Part shown: positions 63,711 through 64,000 of the stretch, piece after piece
Layout of the letters: the number at the start of each line of letters is the position of its first letter
Position numbering within the stretch: the first letter of the stretch is position 1
Source: Felis catus
Taxonomy: Eukaryota
NCBI RefSeq assembly: GCF_018350175.1
Contig: NC_058368.1
Location: 172,176,001 to 172,240,000, forward strand
Direction of reading: 5' to 3'
Length of the DNA: 64,000 nucleotides
Notes under the pieces: generated by a model
The model's database searches: none
What the model was told of the DNA's origin: nothing
The model's input: only the letters and a program-made list of their open reading frames with translations
Position numbers and translations under genes: made by a program

Positions 63711-64000
63711 GAATTTCAGTTTTAAATCCTGCTTTGCCTTCAGAGGTATCTGTTTTTAGTCCAAGAGGGGTATGTTTACTCTGAAAACATTCAGAGAGTG
63801 TTAATGGTATCAATGTTAACAGGTTTTTAAAAAATAAGCTATCAAGATTGCATTAAAAAAAAAAAAAGATTGCATTGGTAAGTGGTACCTTGTAATCCTT
63901 TCCTGGATGAGCACAAAAAGTTGTCACTCTGCTAGGTGATGGCTCCTTGCCTTTGGAGCCCCAGGGTGCCCATGTCTTGCCTGGTTCCATGACAATCACA

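Overview
Mammalian genomic DNA, most likely from a felid, since it is dense in carnivore Can-SINEs including young Felidae-type copies. The window holds the 3' part of MCC (mutated in colorectal cancers / MCC regulator of WNT signalling) on the minus strand. Eleven coding exons lie between 52951 and 3785, all with GT-AG boundaries and matching phases. They total 1662 nt, or 553 aa plus stop, and end in the PDZ-binding motif -ETSL. The 3' UTR runs toward, and probably past, position 1; upstream exons lie beyond the window end. The introns are mostly interspersed repeats: about 25 Can-SINEs, MIR, L2, old L1, MaLR/ERVL/ERV1 LTRs and hAT MER elements. Nearly all ORFs in the supplied track are spurious. 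I found no convincing new biological system. The best unannotated observations are: a 45-nt tailless U5 snRNA retrocopy with target-site duplications; a 283-bp polypurine (GAA/GAG) expansion inside a MER33; repeated SINE insertions at the same target site; a divergent pair of strong CTCF motifs; and a RUNX-motif cluster. Repeat family names and comparisons with human MCC and U5 come from my recollection of those sequences, not from a database search. Boundaries of old repeats are approximate.
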